Below are positions 26,439-38,504 of a DNA stretch of 64,000 bases, in pieces. The notes under the pieces are model-generated. The model was not told where the DNA came from, made no database searches, and saw nothing but the letters and a program-made list of their open reading frames with translations. The DNA is from Marsupella aquatica. Its lineage: Eukaryota; Plantae; Marchantiophyta. The stretch covers positions 15,344,645 to 15,408,644 of the forward strand of contig OZ316893.1 of the NCBI GenBank assembly GCA_973895155.1, written 5' to 3'. A program made the translations under genes and the position numbers. Position 1 is the stretch's first letter. The number at the start of each line of letters is the position of its first letter.

Positions 26439-28575
26439 CCACCCAGGCCCCAGCCAGCAAGCTACACTATACTACACTACAATACACTAGCTCCTGTACT
26501 CCTGTAGGCTGCAGCAGCACTAGATGCATTGTCGTTCTTCCTGTTCTCCAGATAGCCCTGCAGCACTGCCCCGCCCGCCTCACCAAGTCACCATCCGGCA
26601 TCCTCTCCTCCCCTCCTCGCCCCGAAAAGGCTCGTGCAGCAGCCGTTCCAGAGGGCCAAGTATTGCTCCTCCACTGACCGCTGAGGAAAGCAGCTCTCAT
26701 TCAGCAGCAGCATTGATGCAACGGAGCCTCTTCGAATCGTCACCGCCATCATCAGGATTCAGGAACATTTGCTACCATTACTGTAATCGAATCGCGTCAC
26801 GAGCTGCTGCTGATGATCCTCCAGCTCCTCTTGCTTGTGCTCGATTTTAGGCGCGGTAGAGGAATAATCCAAAAGGGCGGGGCCGTCGCGGATGGGCACC
26901 CACGCACAGGCACGCAACAACACAACCAACGGCTGGTGCCACTGACCCCACCCCACACAACCGCACCACGTTGCGCTGATGAGTCGTGGATGAGCTGCTG
27001 CAGCTCCACCGCCATCGCCTTTGGGCTCTTTCTTCCATCTTCGAACTTCCACTTATTATAACAACACAATTCCTCTACTTTCGTCCTTCCTTCCATTTTT
27101 GCACAGGGCTCGCACCGTCCACGTCGCATCCCATCCCGTAGACCCATGTAAGTAGGTTTCGGTACTCCTTACACTTGTCTGATGTGTCCTTACAGTACCG
27201 GTCGAAACTCAGACATGGACGGGGGAGACGCGAAATGCCTGTGTGTAAGAAGCTCTCAAGGACTTTGCGGAATCGTGGCCGTAAATCCCGAGATCGAACG
27301 GCAGATGGGGTCTGATTCTTGGAATATTCTTGAATGGCGAGGGCGTTCAGCAAACACACGAGCCGTCCTTACAGTAGTCTGGTATGTACTTACAGTACTG
27401 GTCGATACTCCGGAGGTGGGTGGGACAACGCGCAATGCCTGTGAGGTAAGAAGCTCGGACGGCTCTAGGACATCGTGGCCGTAAATCGATACAGCCAACG
27501 GTAGCTGATCAATATTCTGTGAAAATTATACTTTGCTACGACTCTAAAGTCTACTGTGCATACATACACTACAGTAGATAAAACTGCTCGCTCGCCAGTG
27601 TCCCCTGCCTACGAGTACCAGGGTGGTTGTTGGCCTGGTGTCAAGCTGTCGTTCTACAGTCTTACGCGTAAAATGACACTGCAGCCTGGAACCGGGTACT
27701 GGACAGCCTGACGGGCAACTACAGTACAGGCCCTGGGGCCAGTTACCGCACCTTTGCACTCCAGGTACAGACTACAAAGTTACTGTAGTGCCATCCCCAT
27801 TTGCCGAACTAAACGTTGTTCTTTGTTCAATTTTCACGTGAGCCTTTCATGAAGTGTTAGAGTTCAGCCTGGTTTTTAAGTTTGTTAGCTCTCGAAAAGA
27901 TGTTTTGTTTTGCAGCGGCGAGGAGTTTGTAAATCCTTGTTGAGGTAGGTTTCTGTCCATATTTCACCCTAATTTGTCACATTTCCTAATTTTACTTTGG
28001 CTGAATGGATTCCCTTAATATCACCCTGGCTAAATTGATTTTCCCTTCATACTACCCTGACAAATTACATTTCCTTAATTTTGCATTGAGATACCAATGT
28101 GCATTGTAGACAATTGCAAATTGGCCAGAGCTAGCAGAAGTTGATGAGTCGTCCTAGTAGCGGCCATAAGACCTACAAACGTGGCTCCTCAACCCCTCAC
28201 TCAATCCCCAATTATAGATCAACTCTGCTTTTATTGTAGGGGTAAGAAAGGCTAGCTTTGAAATGGTGGATCTTGTGGCCATTGCTACATTCGAACTGAA
28301 ATCTTTGAAAGGCATCTATTATGCAACTGAACATTCATAATACTGTCAACCTCTTGTGATGTCACAAGAGGGTCATAGAGGAATTCCACTACTACCCAAA
28401 TCATCTTGGAGGCTGGGGTTGCTTATGGCCAAAGCATCAGATGTCATTCCTAGGTACATGGCCATTGGTGTTTCTCACCATGATTGTCCCTTGCATGACC
28501 ACAGGTCTTTGGGTTCATCATGCATTTTGCAGCTCCCTGTTTGGGTTTCATTTGCCCAACTTAGAGCTCTTGAAG

Positions 28576-29141
28576 TCAAATATACACACTTTTTATATAC
28601 AAAGGGACCAACCAGAGTACAAATGAACAAACAAAAGAGGGCCCAAGTGGACAAAACCAATCCAAAAAGAAGTGAGCAAAAGGGAACCACTAAACACCAA
28701 GAAAGAGGAACTAAAAGTAAGAAATGAGCAATATGGAACCCCTAAAAACCAAGAAAGAAAGACTAAAACTAACCCAAGCGGACCGAGGTCCTCAATCATT
28801 CCTAGCAAATGAGGCAAAAAGCTACTGGTCCACATCAAGGGTCAAAACTAGATCGGCAAGTGAGATTGGAATATCCTCTAGGGGAGCTAGCCGCTGCGGA
28901 GGCACACTAGCACCCACTGTAAGAGATCGACGATAGATGGCCCGAGCTTGAGCACGCTGCAAGGTGACTGAAATGTGTTGGCGAAAGTGCGTGGTCAAAA
29001 TAGAAAGCGGGGGTCCGGTGGGACCCATGCGGCCATGAACATCCCGGGCAGCTTGCCGAAGAAGCCCATCAAACTGAGGATGAAGACGCCCAAATAGTTC
29101 CAGAGCAAGGGGGAGGAAGCTGTCCTTCAAAAATACCTGAA
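28576..29141 (-). mobile_element. 5'-truncated non-LTR retrotransposon, CRE-like (restriction-like endonuclease clade) 3' fragment
   Basis: Minus-strand ORF 29130-28822 FLPLALELFGRL...FRQHISVTLQRAQA resembles the RLE C-terminus of CRE elements (F.P.A.E..G...SV.LQR..A); T-rich 3' UTR follows; flanked by 9-bp direct repeat CTCTTGAAG (28567-28575 / 29142-29150). Confidence 0.75.
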
Positions 29142-30592
29142 CTCTTGAAGGGTGAGTTCAGGTATTTTTGAAGAAAATTCCATTTGTTAGGGGCACCTTT
29201 GCCTGCACCCACTATTCAGCTTGGTTCAGCTCATTGTTCACTTAGTTGTACTTGAATCTTTGTTGAGGTAGACTACTTCAGCCATCCTGGTATGCTGTAT
29301 TAAATGTTCTCAACTGATCTTGGCATTTTTTTGGTCATTTCCAACCAAACACCTGCAAGCCCCTCTGATGCTTGAAGAGCTTAGATTACCAGCCACCTAA
29401 AAGGGCACTACAATCAGATTTGAACCTTTTAATAAGCTACTCAGAATTTGGTACAAAACAGTGCACGTCTTGATTCCCTGTTTAGGATACTAACAAAACA
29501 TTGAGTTACCTCAAATAACAACCCACACACATAATTAGGCAGAAAATGTGGAGGCCTGGAGTGGAGGGAGGCCTGCAGGAGTGGAGGGCAAAGTTCATTG
29601 GCACCATTGTTTTGTACACAAGCTTGAATGCACATTTTTGAATGTTAGGTAGAATGACAAAACTTATCACGCATGATATTATTTTGACATACATAATATT
29701 TCATTCATCCTTCCACCCACATAGATCTTGGTGGGGCCATAAAGTTTCACTTTAGAAGCCTAGACCATAACTCTAGCTTCACTTGGCTATTTATTAGTAA
29801 GATTACCTCATAATGTCTCAAGATTAAATAGATTAACTAGTCAATGGTTCTGTTTTATCATCTGACTATTTTAAATGTAGGCTAGATCCACTTTACATAG
29901 TAGTTATGCCTTGGCAACGCATGGACATTACCTTTTATTCAGTTGACTTATCTGTTTGGACCATTATCACATCTAATGGTAGGATATAGATGCGCTCTTT
30001 TGTGCATGTACCTAGCATCTAGGCATGCAATCACATACACTCGTCACTTTTGTTCATCTCTCCTTTCCACACTCTTTTCGCACATGCGTTCACCCACAAA
30101 AACAATCTGGATGCTTCAATTTGGGTGACTATTCAAGACTTTAGGCACTTTTTACTTTTTCCCCAAAAGCAAATTGGAGGGTCAAATTTGCTCTAAAGGT
30201 AAACTCGAGACCCAAAATCTTTTGGAATGAAATAAATGCAAGTGGGTGAATGCCAAAAACCAAATTTTGCAAAGATTGGCTCAACGAAATGGGCCACTCA
30301 GTTCTAGTGAAATCAACTGCAATCATTTGTACTGTCCATATTTAGTGTTTAGAGGGTATAAAAAGAAGCAATGGGCCAGCCATATTGTTTAAAGTTTCTG
30401 AAAATTCCTGAAAATTCTTTTGAGATGTGCACAAAGGTTGGTTAAATTTCATGCCATTTGTGATGTGCCATTCAATAGAATTTCAATATGAGCTACAAGT
30501 GGAAACCTTTTTCTTTGGATATTTGCACCATACCTCCTAGCTAAAGCACTGGTTCTTTGCACTATGCACTTGCATCTACTTATTGTAAGAAC

Positions 30593-31046
30593 CGTAGTAA
30601 GAAAGTTCAATGTTGGCATTGCCATGAGAAGGGCCACACCAAGTGGAATTGTCCTTCTCTATCAAAGCAGAAGCGTCCTGCTTCCAATGGTGCGTCCTCA
30701 TCGTCAGCTGGTATTGTGATTGCTGATAATGAGGATGTTGCTGAAGTGCTATGTATTGGTGCTGTGAATTCTGTGTATGACAATAAATGGATGTTGGATT
30801 CGGGTTCCTCTTATCACGTGTGTCCAACACAATCGTATTTCTCCACTTACCAACCTTGTACCGGTACGGTGGAAATCGGAAATGGTGTCCGACGTGCAAT
30901 TGTTGGCATGGGAACTATCAAATTCCGGATGTTTGATGGTGTTGTGCGAGCATTGACGGGAGTCAGGCACATACCAGACATCTCTAAGAACTTGATTTCT
31001 CTTGGTGCTTTGGAAGCTGGTGGATCTCATTTCACTACACGTGGAT
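30593..31046 (+). pseudogene. Inverted Copia gag zinc-knuckle + protease fragment
   Basis: RSKKVQCWHCHEKGHTKWNC..KWMLDSGSSYHVC..VRHIPDISKNLISLGAL on + strand, opposite to the rest of the element. Confidence 0.9.
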
Positions 31047-31686
31047 CCGTAGTACGCTCCGTTGATCTGCCTCTAACTACTAAGGCAGCAGACTCATTAT
31101 CACGGCCAGAAAGTTGTCGCTTGCCCCATTCTGCAAGAACGGTAGCCTTCACCTCATCCAGCTTCAACTTAGAATTGTCATGTGTGATGACCGTCACCAA
31201 CGTTGAATAGCTTTGAGGAAGCGACATCAACAAATGCATCGCAAGATATTCATCGATCAACTTGTCTCCTGTCGTGACCACCTCGTGCACAATCTCATCG
31301 AAGAGACTGAGGTGATCACGCATGTTGCCACCATCCTTCAACTTCAACCTGAACAACCGCTCCAAGTGATAAATGTGAGTAGTCAACGAAGTACTCTGGT
31401 AGAGCTGAGTAAGCATATCCCAGATCTTCTTGGCGTTACGATCCATTCCCAACACGTTCTTGAGAATGTTGTTTGCCAAGAACAACTCAATTGTGCTACA
31501 CGCCTGCACCGACATGTCCTCCCACTCCTCATCTGTTAGATTCGAGGGTTTCACTCCAGTGAGGGTCTTCTCAAGACCCTATTGGATCAATACGTTGGTC
31601 ACCTTCCGAGTCCAGAGGCTGAAGCTGACCTTCCCGTCAAACTTCTCCACCTCAAACTTTGGCGCCGCAAGCTTTCTTGAAGTCAT
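31047..31686 (-). pseudogene. Copia-2 gag N-terminal part
   Basis: MTSRKLAAPKFEVEKFDGKVSFSLW..(stop)..KIWDML..LLMSLPQSYSTLV..ESAALVVRGRS. Confidence 0.9.
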
Positions 31687-33197
31687 TGATGCTGCTACAA
31701 ACACACTGGAAACACACAACCAAAATACCTCCACCCAAAAATTCACCAAAAAATGAAAGTTGGCGAAAGTGGAAATGGAATGCACCGCCGCGTAGCCTGC
31801 AAGGTACACTGCCAAGATCTGAAAACGATTTGACGAAAAACTTCTTCAGCAAAAAAATTATTCAACCCGGACCGGAGGGGGGTCAAAATGGCCGTTTTGA
31901 CCCCCCTCGGGTATCTTAGGTCCTGAAACAATTCCGCAGTAGTTAAATGCAAATCAATTTCACAGGCCCGTGCTCAACTCCCTTGAGTATCCCCTTGCAA
32001 AGCCGTGTGAAAAAATTCTGCCTCAATAACCATCGAATTCGGAAATTTTGGCCAAAATTCAGCTCTCTGGAAAAGTATCTTTCGGAGGGAATCAAAGTAC
32101 AGTCAAATTCTACAGCAGAAGAAACGTGGAGCCAACACCTGTCCACCTTGGAAAGGAAAAGAAATCGCGGAAAGAAAACAAACCAGAACACTTAAAAGAA
32201 ATAACAATGAGAAGTGAGGACGAACAATCGTCACTCCCAACCTCAAAATTTCTTTGAAAACAAATTTGTGCCGTGTCCCTCCCCGTGCATAGGGTCACGC
32301 GCCGACCCTCCACCTCGCCCTCCGTCCTTTTGCGTACCGAGTACAGGGCCTTTAATTACCCCCTTGTATCCCCCTTAGGCTTAAACTGCTCCCGAGCCCT
32401 CCATTAAAGCTCCTGAAAGGAGGGATCATTAAAGCTCACCTCTCACCCCTTTTCCAAGCTGTAGCATAGGGTCTGGAGCCAAATTTTAAAAAATTCAAAC
32501 AAAAAAAAAAGGACAGGAGGTCACACTCCCCCTCTCCCCCACTTTAAAAAACTGTACCAGCAAGTACAGTTGTACCTGCACAGATCTCGGGCCCCCAATG
32601 CTCAATGACTTTGTGCTGCATAGGGCCTCGTGCCCGAGCGCCCTTGCATTTTTTGTCCTGCTTCCTTTGTACCTCCGCACGCAATGTGTATACCCCCGTA
32701 CGCAGCGCCGTATAATGTTGCGATGCGATGACTGAAGGATGAACAAAGAAATGCAAAAAATGCAACTTTGGCCCCACAGTTCACGACTTTTCACAAAGAG
32801 AAAAAGACTCTTTCGGCCCCACACGAGATTAAGTCGAAACATATACAAGCCATAACCTAGAGCATCAAGCTCTAAACAGCAACCTCAATATACAAGATTA
32901 CTCGGCACACCATTGATGAAAAGCAGTTAAACCTTCACCAAAACGTAGTGCCCGCCGACGCGCATAAGAGATCGCTAGACTGTCCTCTTGACAGTACTTC
33001 AAAGAACAGAGACACATCCGACACTCCAAGCTGAAGTTTCAATCGGGAAACCGTCACCATATTCAAGCACGAAACCTTCAACGCGAAATGACCAGTGAAA
33101 CGATCATGCAACCGTCGACGACGATTCAATCTTCCACCACAATCCAACACAACGAACGCTCTCACCACTGCCCAGGCCACCGAACCACAAACCTGAG

Positions 33198-33209
33198 GCT
33201 CTGATACCA
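33198..33209 (-). other. Primer binding site (tRNAiMet) of Copia-2
   Basis: gctctgatacca adjacent to the LTR start at 33212. Confidence 0.92.
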
Positions 33210-33211
33210 CT

Positions 33212-33507
33212 TGTAAGAACCGTCAGCTCCGGACTAGACAGCAATGCGGAAACATGAGAGAGACTCACTCAATCAGACGCTACACCAACAAGACACCCCG
33301 AGTGGAGAAACTCCTGAAGGTTCCATAGCAAATGAGAGTACATGTGAAGAATGAGGGAGAGAGTGCTCTCCCTCCAGCCTATACCCCCCAAGGGGGCCAA
33401 GATGAGTGGGCCTAAACTAAGCGGATCTTATCCAAATGTAATCTAGGGTTAACTAACCCTAGTAAGACCAAGCTAACTATGTCGGGAACTGGAGTCAATT
33501 CCTAACA
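33212..33507 (-). repeat. 5' LTR of Copia-2 (296 bp)
   Basis: tgtaagaacc...ttcctaaca followed by TSD CTTAT. Confidence 0.88.
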
Positions 33508-34273
33508 CTTATAAAGCGTCAACTACAAGTTAGAGTTGGGGTAAAGGTTCTAGAGTGAAGCCTCTAGGCCGTAACTCCATGGTTCATCATGTGGATGAGA
33601 AAAGTCATGATTATGATGTATGACATATGATAATTATGTATATTTTTTGTCATGATTCTAAAAAATGAGCTCTATGGCCCCACCAACATGTGCATAGAAA
33701 AGAATATGATATGTTGTGCATGATTATTAAAATGATGACATGTATGATAATTTTTGTATCATTTCATTAACCTTTCAAAAAATATAAATAAAAAATATAT
33801 TTTGGTGACATTTTTATTGTCCTCCCTGCTATTCACGTTCAAAGAACGTGTAATGGGGCCTAGTTCAACTAAAAACTCAAGGGTAAACTATTGTAATTGT
33901 CATAGCTACTGTTGAAGGTTTCTAATAGAATGCACAATGATAACAGTAGCTATGCACTCTTAATTTACGACTTCTTACAAATGACAATGACCGTGAGCAA
34001 TCCCTTTTGGAAGTACAATAAGGAGGTTCAAGCTCCATGCTTTCATATCTCACATTTGGAACACTTGGTTAGACAATAGCAAACAAAATGGACCAAGACA
34101 AATGTCATGATTACTTTGCTTGGATATTTGCACAACTTGATGGAAAGGTAGTCATTGTAAAGGAAGCTTTTTGGATCATCCTTTGTTTATGAAGTTTAGT
34201 CACTGAGTTACTTTACGACTGGAGTTCAGGAACTTTGGTTACGACTTCAGGAGGAACTCCGTGTAAGTTTAGC

Positions 34274-35488
34274 GAGATATATGCTTGATGGGCCCCCTGG
34301 TGAACCTTTCTTACCTGATGGGCCCCTAGGTAACTTTCCTTACATTAAAGGCCACCCAAGTAACTTTTCTTACCTAATAGGCCCTTAATTGTCACTTGTT
34401 TTGGTCAAATGTTCTTATATCAGGCAGTCCAACGAGTTTTTCCTTCATGGAGTGACCAACCACGTTTTCCAAAAAGACTATGGTCAACCATGACTCCAGG
34501 CAAACTGCACGGTTGGACCATGCGGCCGAACTTGCATGGTCAACCAAAATACAACGGAGATTATTTGGGAGAAATTGGAAAAAGCGACAGTCCTTGCCGA
34601 AACTGTGATTTGAAGACAATAAGCATTATGTCTTCGGATTCAAAATTTGACCGATCATGGGGTAGTCATTAGGTTTGCTTGTACGGTTTTTGTGACTGTT
34701 GGACCGTGCGTGAGGCCACCCCTGCATGGTTGAAGAAACATGTGGGAGATACAAGTGAAACTACGGAGATGATGTGGGAGAACCCCACAAAGCAGCCGCT
34801 GCTGCCCAAATCGCAACTTAAATACAATATGGATTATGTCTTTGGGTTCAAATTTTTACCATCAGGTAGTCATCAGGTATGCTTTTCACGTGGTGCACAC
34901 GGGTTTTTCACGATGTTTTCATGTGCGACTGTTAGCGTTAGTGTGGAGTACCTCCAAATGTCCACAGTGAATATTCAAGTTCAAAGTTCAGAATTCCCCC
35001 ATTGTCGCCACAACAAAAATTGACAAATGAGCACCAAAAACAACAATACTCCCCTGTGCAATGAATACAAACAATTTTAAAAGAAGACAGACTCGAAGGT
35101 GTCGGGGTACACCCTCAACCCTAAGCCTTGAAACATGGGAAGACATAATCCATTGTGTCTTCAAGCATTAACCGGTCAAATCTTGTGGTAATGGCATTGT
35201 TGCCCGTTTTGATGAACCGCAGTAGACTACAATGACCCACGTGGTAGGCTAGACACTGTAGACTACGACGACAAGCGTGATGGACTGTTTGGGCCTAGGA
35301 GCACAGTGCACTATGAGGCAATGGATGTGGTTAATTGTACATAGTAGGCACCACAAAAGAACAGGTGTAGGCACCACACAAGAACAGGTGTATGGGTCAT
35401 TAAGAGGGGTCCCACTTGGTAAAAAAAAATTCATGGGGGCCCATCAATTAAACAAGTTTCACTAGGGAACCCATCAAGCATATATCTC
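34274..35488. mobile_element. Non-autonomous Mutator-like element (MULE), 1.2 kb
   Basis: Perfect 19-bp terminal IR GAGATATATGCTTGATGGG extending imperfectly ~60-70 bp with gatgggcccc subrepeats; 9-bp TSD AAGTTTAGC (34265-34273) / AAGTTTGGC (35489-35497), one mismatch. Confidence 0.88.
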
Positions 35489-35891
35489 AAGTTTGGCAGA
35501 TTCAGGTACTCCACTCGTAAGAAATGTGATATTAATTTACTATCAGTCCATAGGACTAATAATTTTAGTGATACTAGTGTAAATTTTTGAAATGTCTTAC
35601 ACAAGATAGATTACAAACAATTCTACATTTTGAAGTTATGCAGATAGTTTGTCTGGCATGTGAAAATGAATTTGATCATTTCTTATGAAATGCATGTAAA
35701 CATAGAGACCACAAGCATTTTTCCTTCTTACTGTTTTAGCACCTTGGTAATCATGTCTGGCCTGGTTCATTGGCTGTTAGGTGTTTCAGACCATTTGAAG
35801 ACCTTGTGCCTGCTTTGTTTTATGGGTTATGGGTTATAGGTTTAGGTTTGCCCACTTGTGAATTAGTTTGTGGATACCTTACTTATGTATG

Positions 35892-36214
35892 TGTTAGGGT
35901 TTTGACTCAACCTTGGCTAGGTTAACTAATTAAAGTAAGTTAACCGGAGTTAACATTATATAGTTGACTAGACCCTTCATGAAGGGATAACCCTCTTGGT
36001 ATCCCATGGAGAGAGAATACTTGGTGGAGAACTTTGTGAGAGAGTGAGAGAGCTTGGACCATCGAGCTATGGTGATATGTACTTTTCGTGTTCATAGTGA
36101 AGCTCTTGGTGCGGCCGTGGAGTAGCCCTGATGGGGTGAACCATGTATGTTTGTGTTGGTGTACTGGAATGAATGATAATTATGAGACGTCATATTGTCT
36201 GTTTTGATCATACA
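35892..36214 (+). mobile_element. Solo LTR (Copia-type, 323 bp)
   Basis: TGTTAG...CATACA flanked by 5-bp TSD GTATG (35887-35891 / 36215-36219); contains ccgtggagtagcc...ggtgaaccatgta, similar to the reverse complement of the Copia-1 LTR. Confidence 0.85.
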
Positions 36215-37092
36215 GTATGCATCAATTCTTGTAAGGAAGCAGTTGATTTCATTCAAGATCCCAAAGGAACTAAGAGGAGTTGAATGCTGGAAGAGTTTCC
36301 ATGATAGAAATATTTATTTAATTAATATTATTATTTTTGAATGCTGGAATAGATTCCACTATATTGATGTGAGTACAATGATTATAAATTAAATACAGCT
36401 AGAATGTCATCTAAATATGTCATATTCTTCCATGGGTCGAGCCTATCCCCTCTCTTTATCAAAAGGGGTATTCTATGAGAGGGCTAGCTAACTCTAATAG
36501 ATGTACTTAGTATGTATATAAATTCCAAGGTGGTAAAAAAAGTTGATGCTATGGGACCAGGTCAGCTTGGGGCAAGCTTTGTTTGGAAGGAGATGTCTTG
36601 AGTGCGTTGGTGTATGTGTTGGATAACCTAACAAACATCTCCTTGTCTACAATGGTCCTTGCCTCGAGCTTGACACACTAACACCCACTGGATCCGCACT
36701 GTTTTGTGCAGTAAGAGCATTCCCACCGGACCGCCATATTGTGCGGGCCCGGAGCATTTGGCGGAGACTCACCTGCCATCCTTCCCCACTGCCCTCCCCA
36801 GCCTAATCGTATCACCCCGGCCCTAGATTTTACACTACCCAGCATGACACTCCTACACTCAAGAAATGGCCCGAGAAAAAGCCGTCGAGTTGCGCGCCAT
36901 CCGTTGGCAATGGCCAAGATTTCCCCCTCTTCCCATCGGACGATGCAAATCCACCTTGCTCCCACCGTGGTCCTATGCTGCAAGGACCTCGTGAACGAGA
37001 CTCCAATGCGGCGACAAAGTTTTCCTCGCTTCTCCATTGTAGCATTGCAGGAGCTTCTGCACATTCTCGAGCTCAAGTACAACCTGACAAAC

Positions 37093-38183
37093 ATGGCTTT
37101 AAAGAATGCTTGTGGGCAAAATTTCTCTTCCACAGAGTTGAAACAATTGTGTATGTCATGGGTGAACATAGGAAAATACCCAATTGTTGGTGCAGGGCAA
37201 AAGAATCAAGCTTTTTGGGATTGTGTCGCTGCCCACTACAACCAACACAGACCAAGAGCTACCCAAGAGAGAGGAGCAAGATCATTGGAGAGCAAATGGG
37301 GAGATTTGGAGCATGACATTGCCAAGTTTTCAGGTTCGTATGCCAATGTCAAAGATCTCAGGCTTTCTGGTTCCAATCAAGAAGGCTAGAGAGCATTTGC
37401 AGAACTTTGCAAAACTTTGCAAAACGCGAGAGAGCATTACTAGGCGGAGCACTCGAAGGGACAAGAATTTGCTTTCATGGACTGCTGGTACTTGTTGAAA
37501 GATTACCCATGTTTTTCCCATTCAATAGAAGATATGGCAGATAAACGGAAAGGCAAGAAGTGGAAGGGGAAGGGCGCATCAGTTGACAAGAGGAAGGGAT
37601 TGCCTGCAGACAAGGAGGATTAACCCCCCCCCACCCCATATTCTCCTACAGAGATCATAAACCCAAATGATTGTGATAATAGAAATGTTGGAGAATTTGG
37701 TAGTAATGGCCGACCCATGGGCAGCAAGTCTGCCAAGAAGCTCAGCGGTGAGGAGGCAGCTTTTTGGATTGCAACTTACTCCCAGAGGGATAGAGCCATC
37801 ACCAATTCAACACGTTTGAAGTTCTTGCAGGATCAGAGCATTGGTAATTTTTTTACTATGAGGGCAGCAGAAGTGGATGATGATTGCAGGGATTTGTTCA
37901 AACTATGGAGAGCTCGGGAGCTTGAGAAATTCAGGCTTGCATGATTTGAGCAAGAGTCAATGGGCATGATGTCAGCACAAATGCTCCAGCTAGAGCATCT
38001 CAAAGTGTACCAGTGCCACCCCAGGCAGCAAGTCCAGTTGAGGTGCTTGCCCAAGTGCCAATTCCAAAGGAGCAATCACCTGCTACAAAGATTCCATACA
38101 ACTTGCATTTTGTGGATGCTGCAGCAAATTTTACATTAGGCTTTGACCCGAATAGACCACATATGTATGAAGACCTTCTGTAG
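37093..38183 (+). pseudogene. Harbinger ORF1 (Myb/SANT-like + NAM-associated), degenerate; 3' end approximate
   Basis: MALKNACGQNFSSTELKQLCMSWVNIG..GAGQKNQAFW..SLESKWGDL..AKFSG..FAFMDCWYLLKDYP..RPMGSKSAK. Confidence 0.85.
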
Positions 38184-38504
38184 TGATTTGGGTAGAACAA
38201 TTCGATCTAGCTACCACTCTTTTTGAGTAAAAGAAACTATGTTCTCTCTTACAAAAAGTAGTTTATCTTTTATGCCTTGCACAAAGGATAACTCTGGTAT
38301 GTAATGATGAGAGCATGCACACTCTCACCTTTTTGTAGCAGACAATGACAATGTGAGTGTCAATTGTGTAACAAACAATGTCATAAAACAATGGCAATGT
38401 GAGTGTCAATTGTGTAACAAACATTGTCATAAAGGGCGCCGATTGGTGCAAGTTTGAATTGAAAATTTTGGAGACATTCTTACATTGATGTCTTGGCATA
38501 CTGT

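Larger units (their letters stand above)
30584..33507 (-). mobile_element. Rearranged Ty1/Copia element (Copia-2): intact 5' LTR, gag, inverted knuckle/protease block, 12-bp stub of 3' LTR
   Basis: TSD CTTAT at 30579-30583 and 33508-33512; 30584-30595 TGTAAGAACCGT is identical to the first 12 nt of the LTR at 33212; PBS at 33198-33209; INT, RT, RH and PPT absent. Confidence 0.88.
29636..33780. mobile_element. Old degenerate inverted-repeat element hosting Copia-2 (boundaries approximate)
   Basis: 29636-29780 is loosely reverse-complementary to 33520-33780 (ttggtggggccata / tatggccccaccaa; ttcactttagaa / ttctagagtgaa; aactcta / tagagtt); no clean TSD found. Confidence 0.4.

Noticed and set aside
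25200-27500. Many overlapping 60-150 aa ORFs
   Set aside because: No recognisable domains; consistent with the GC-rich 5' leader and promoter of the RLK
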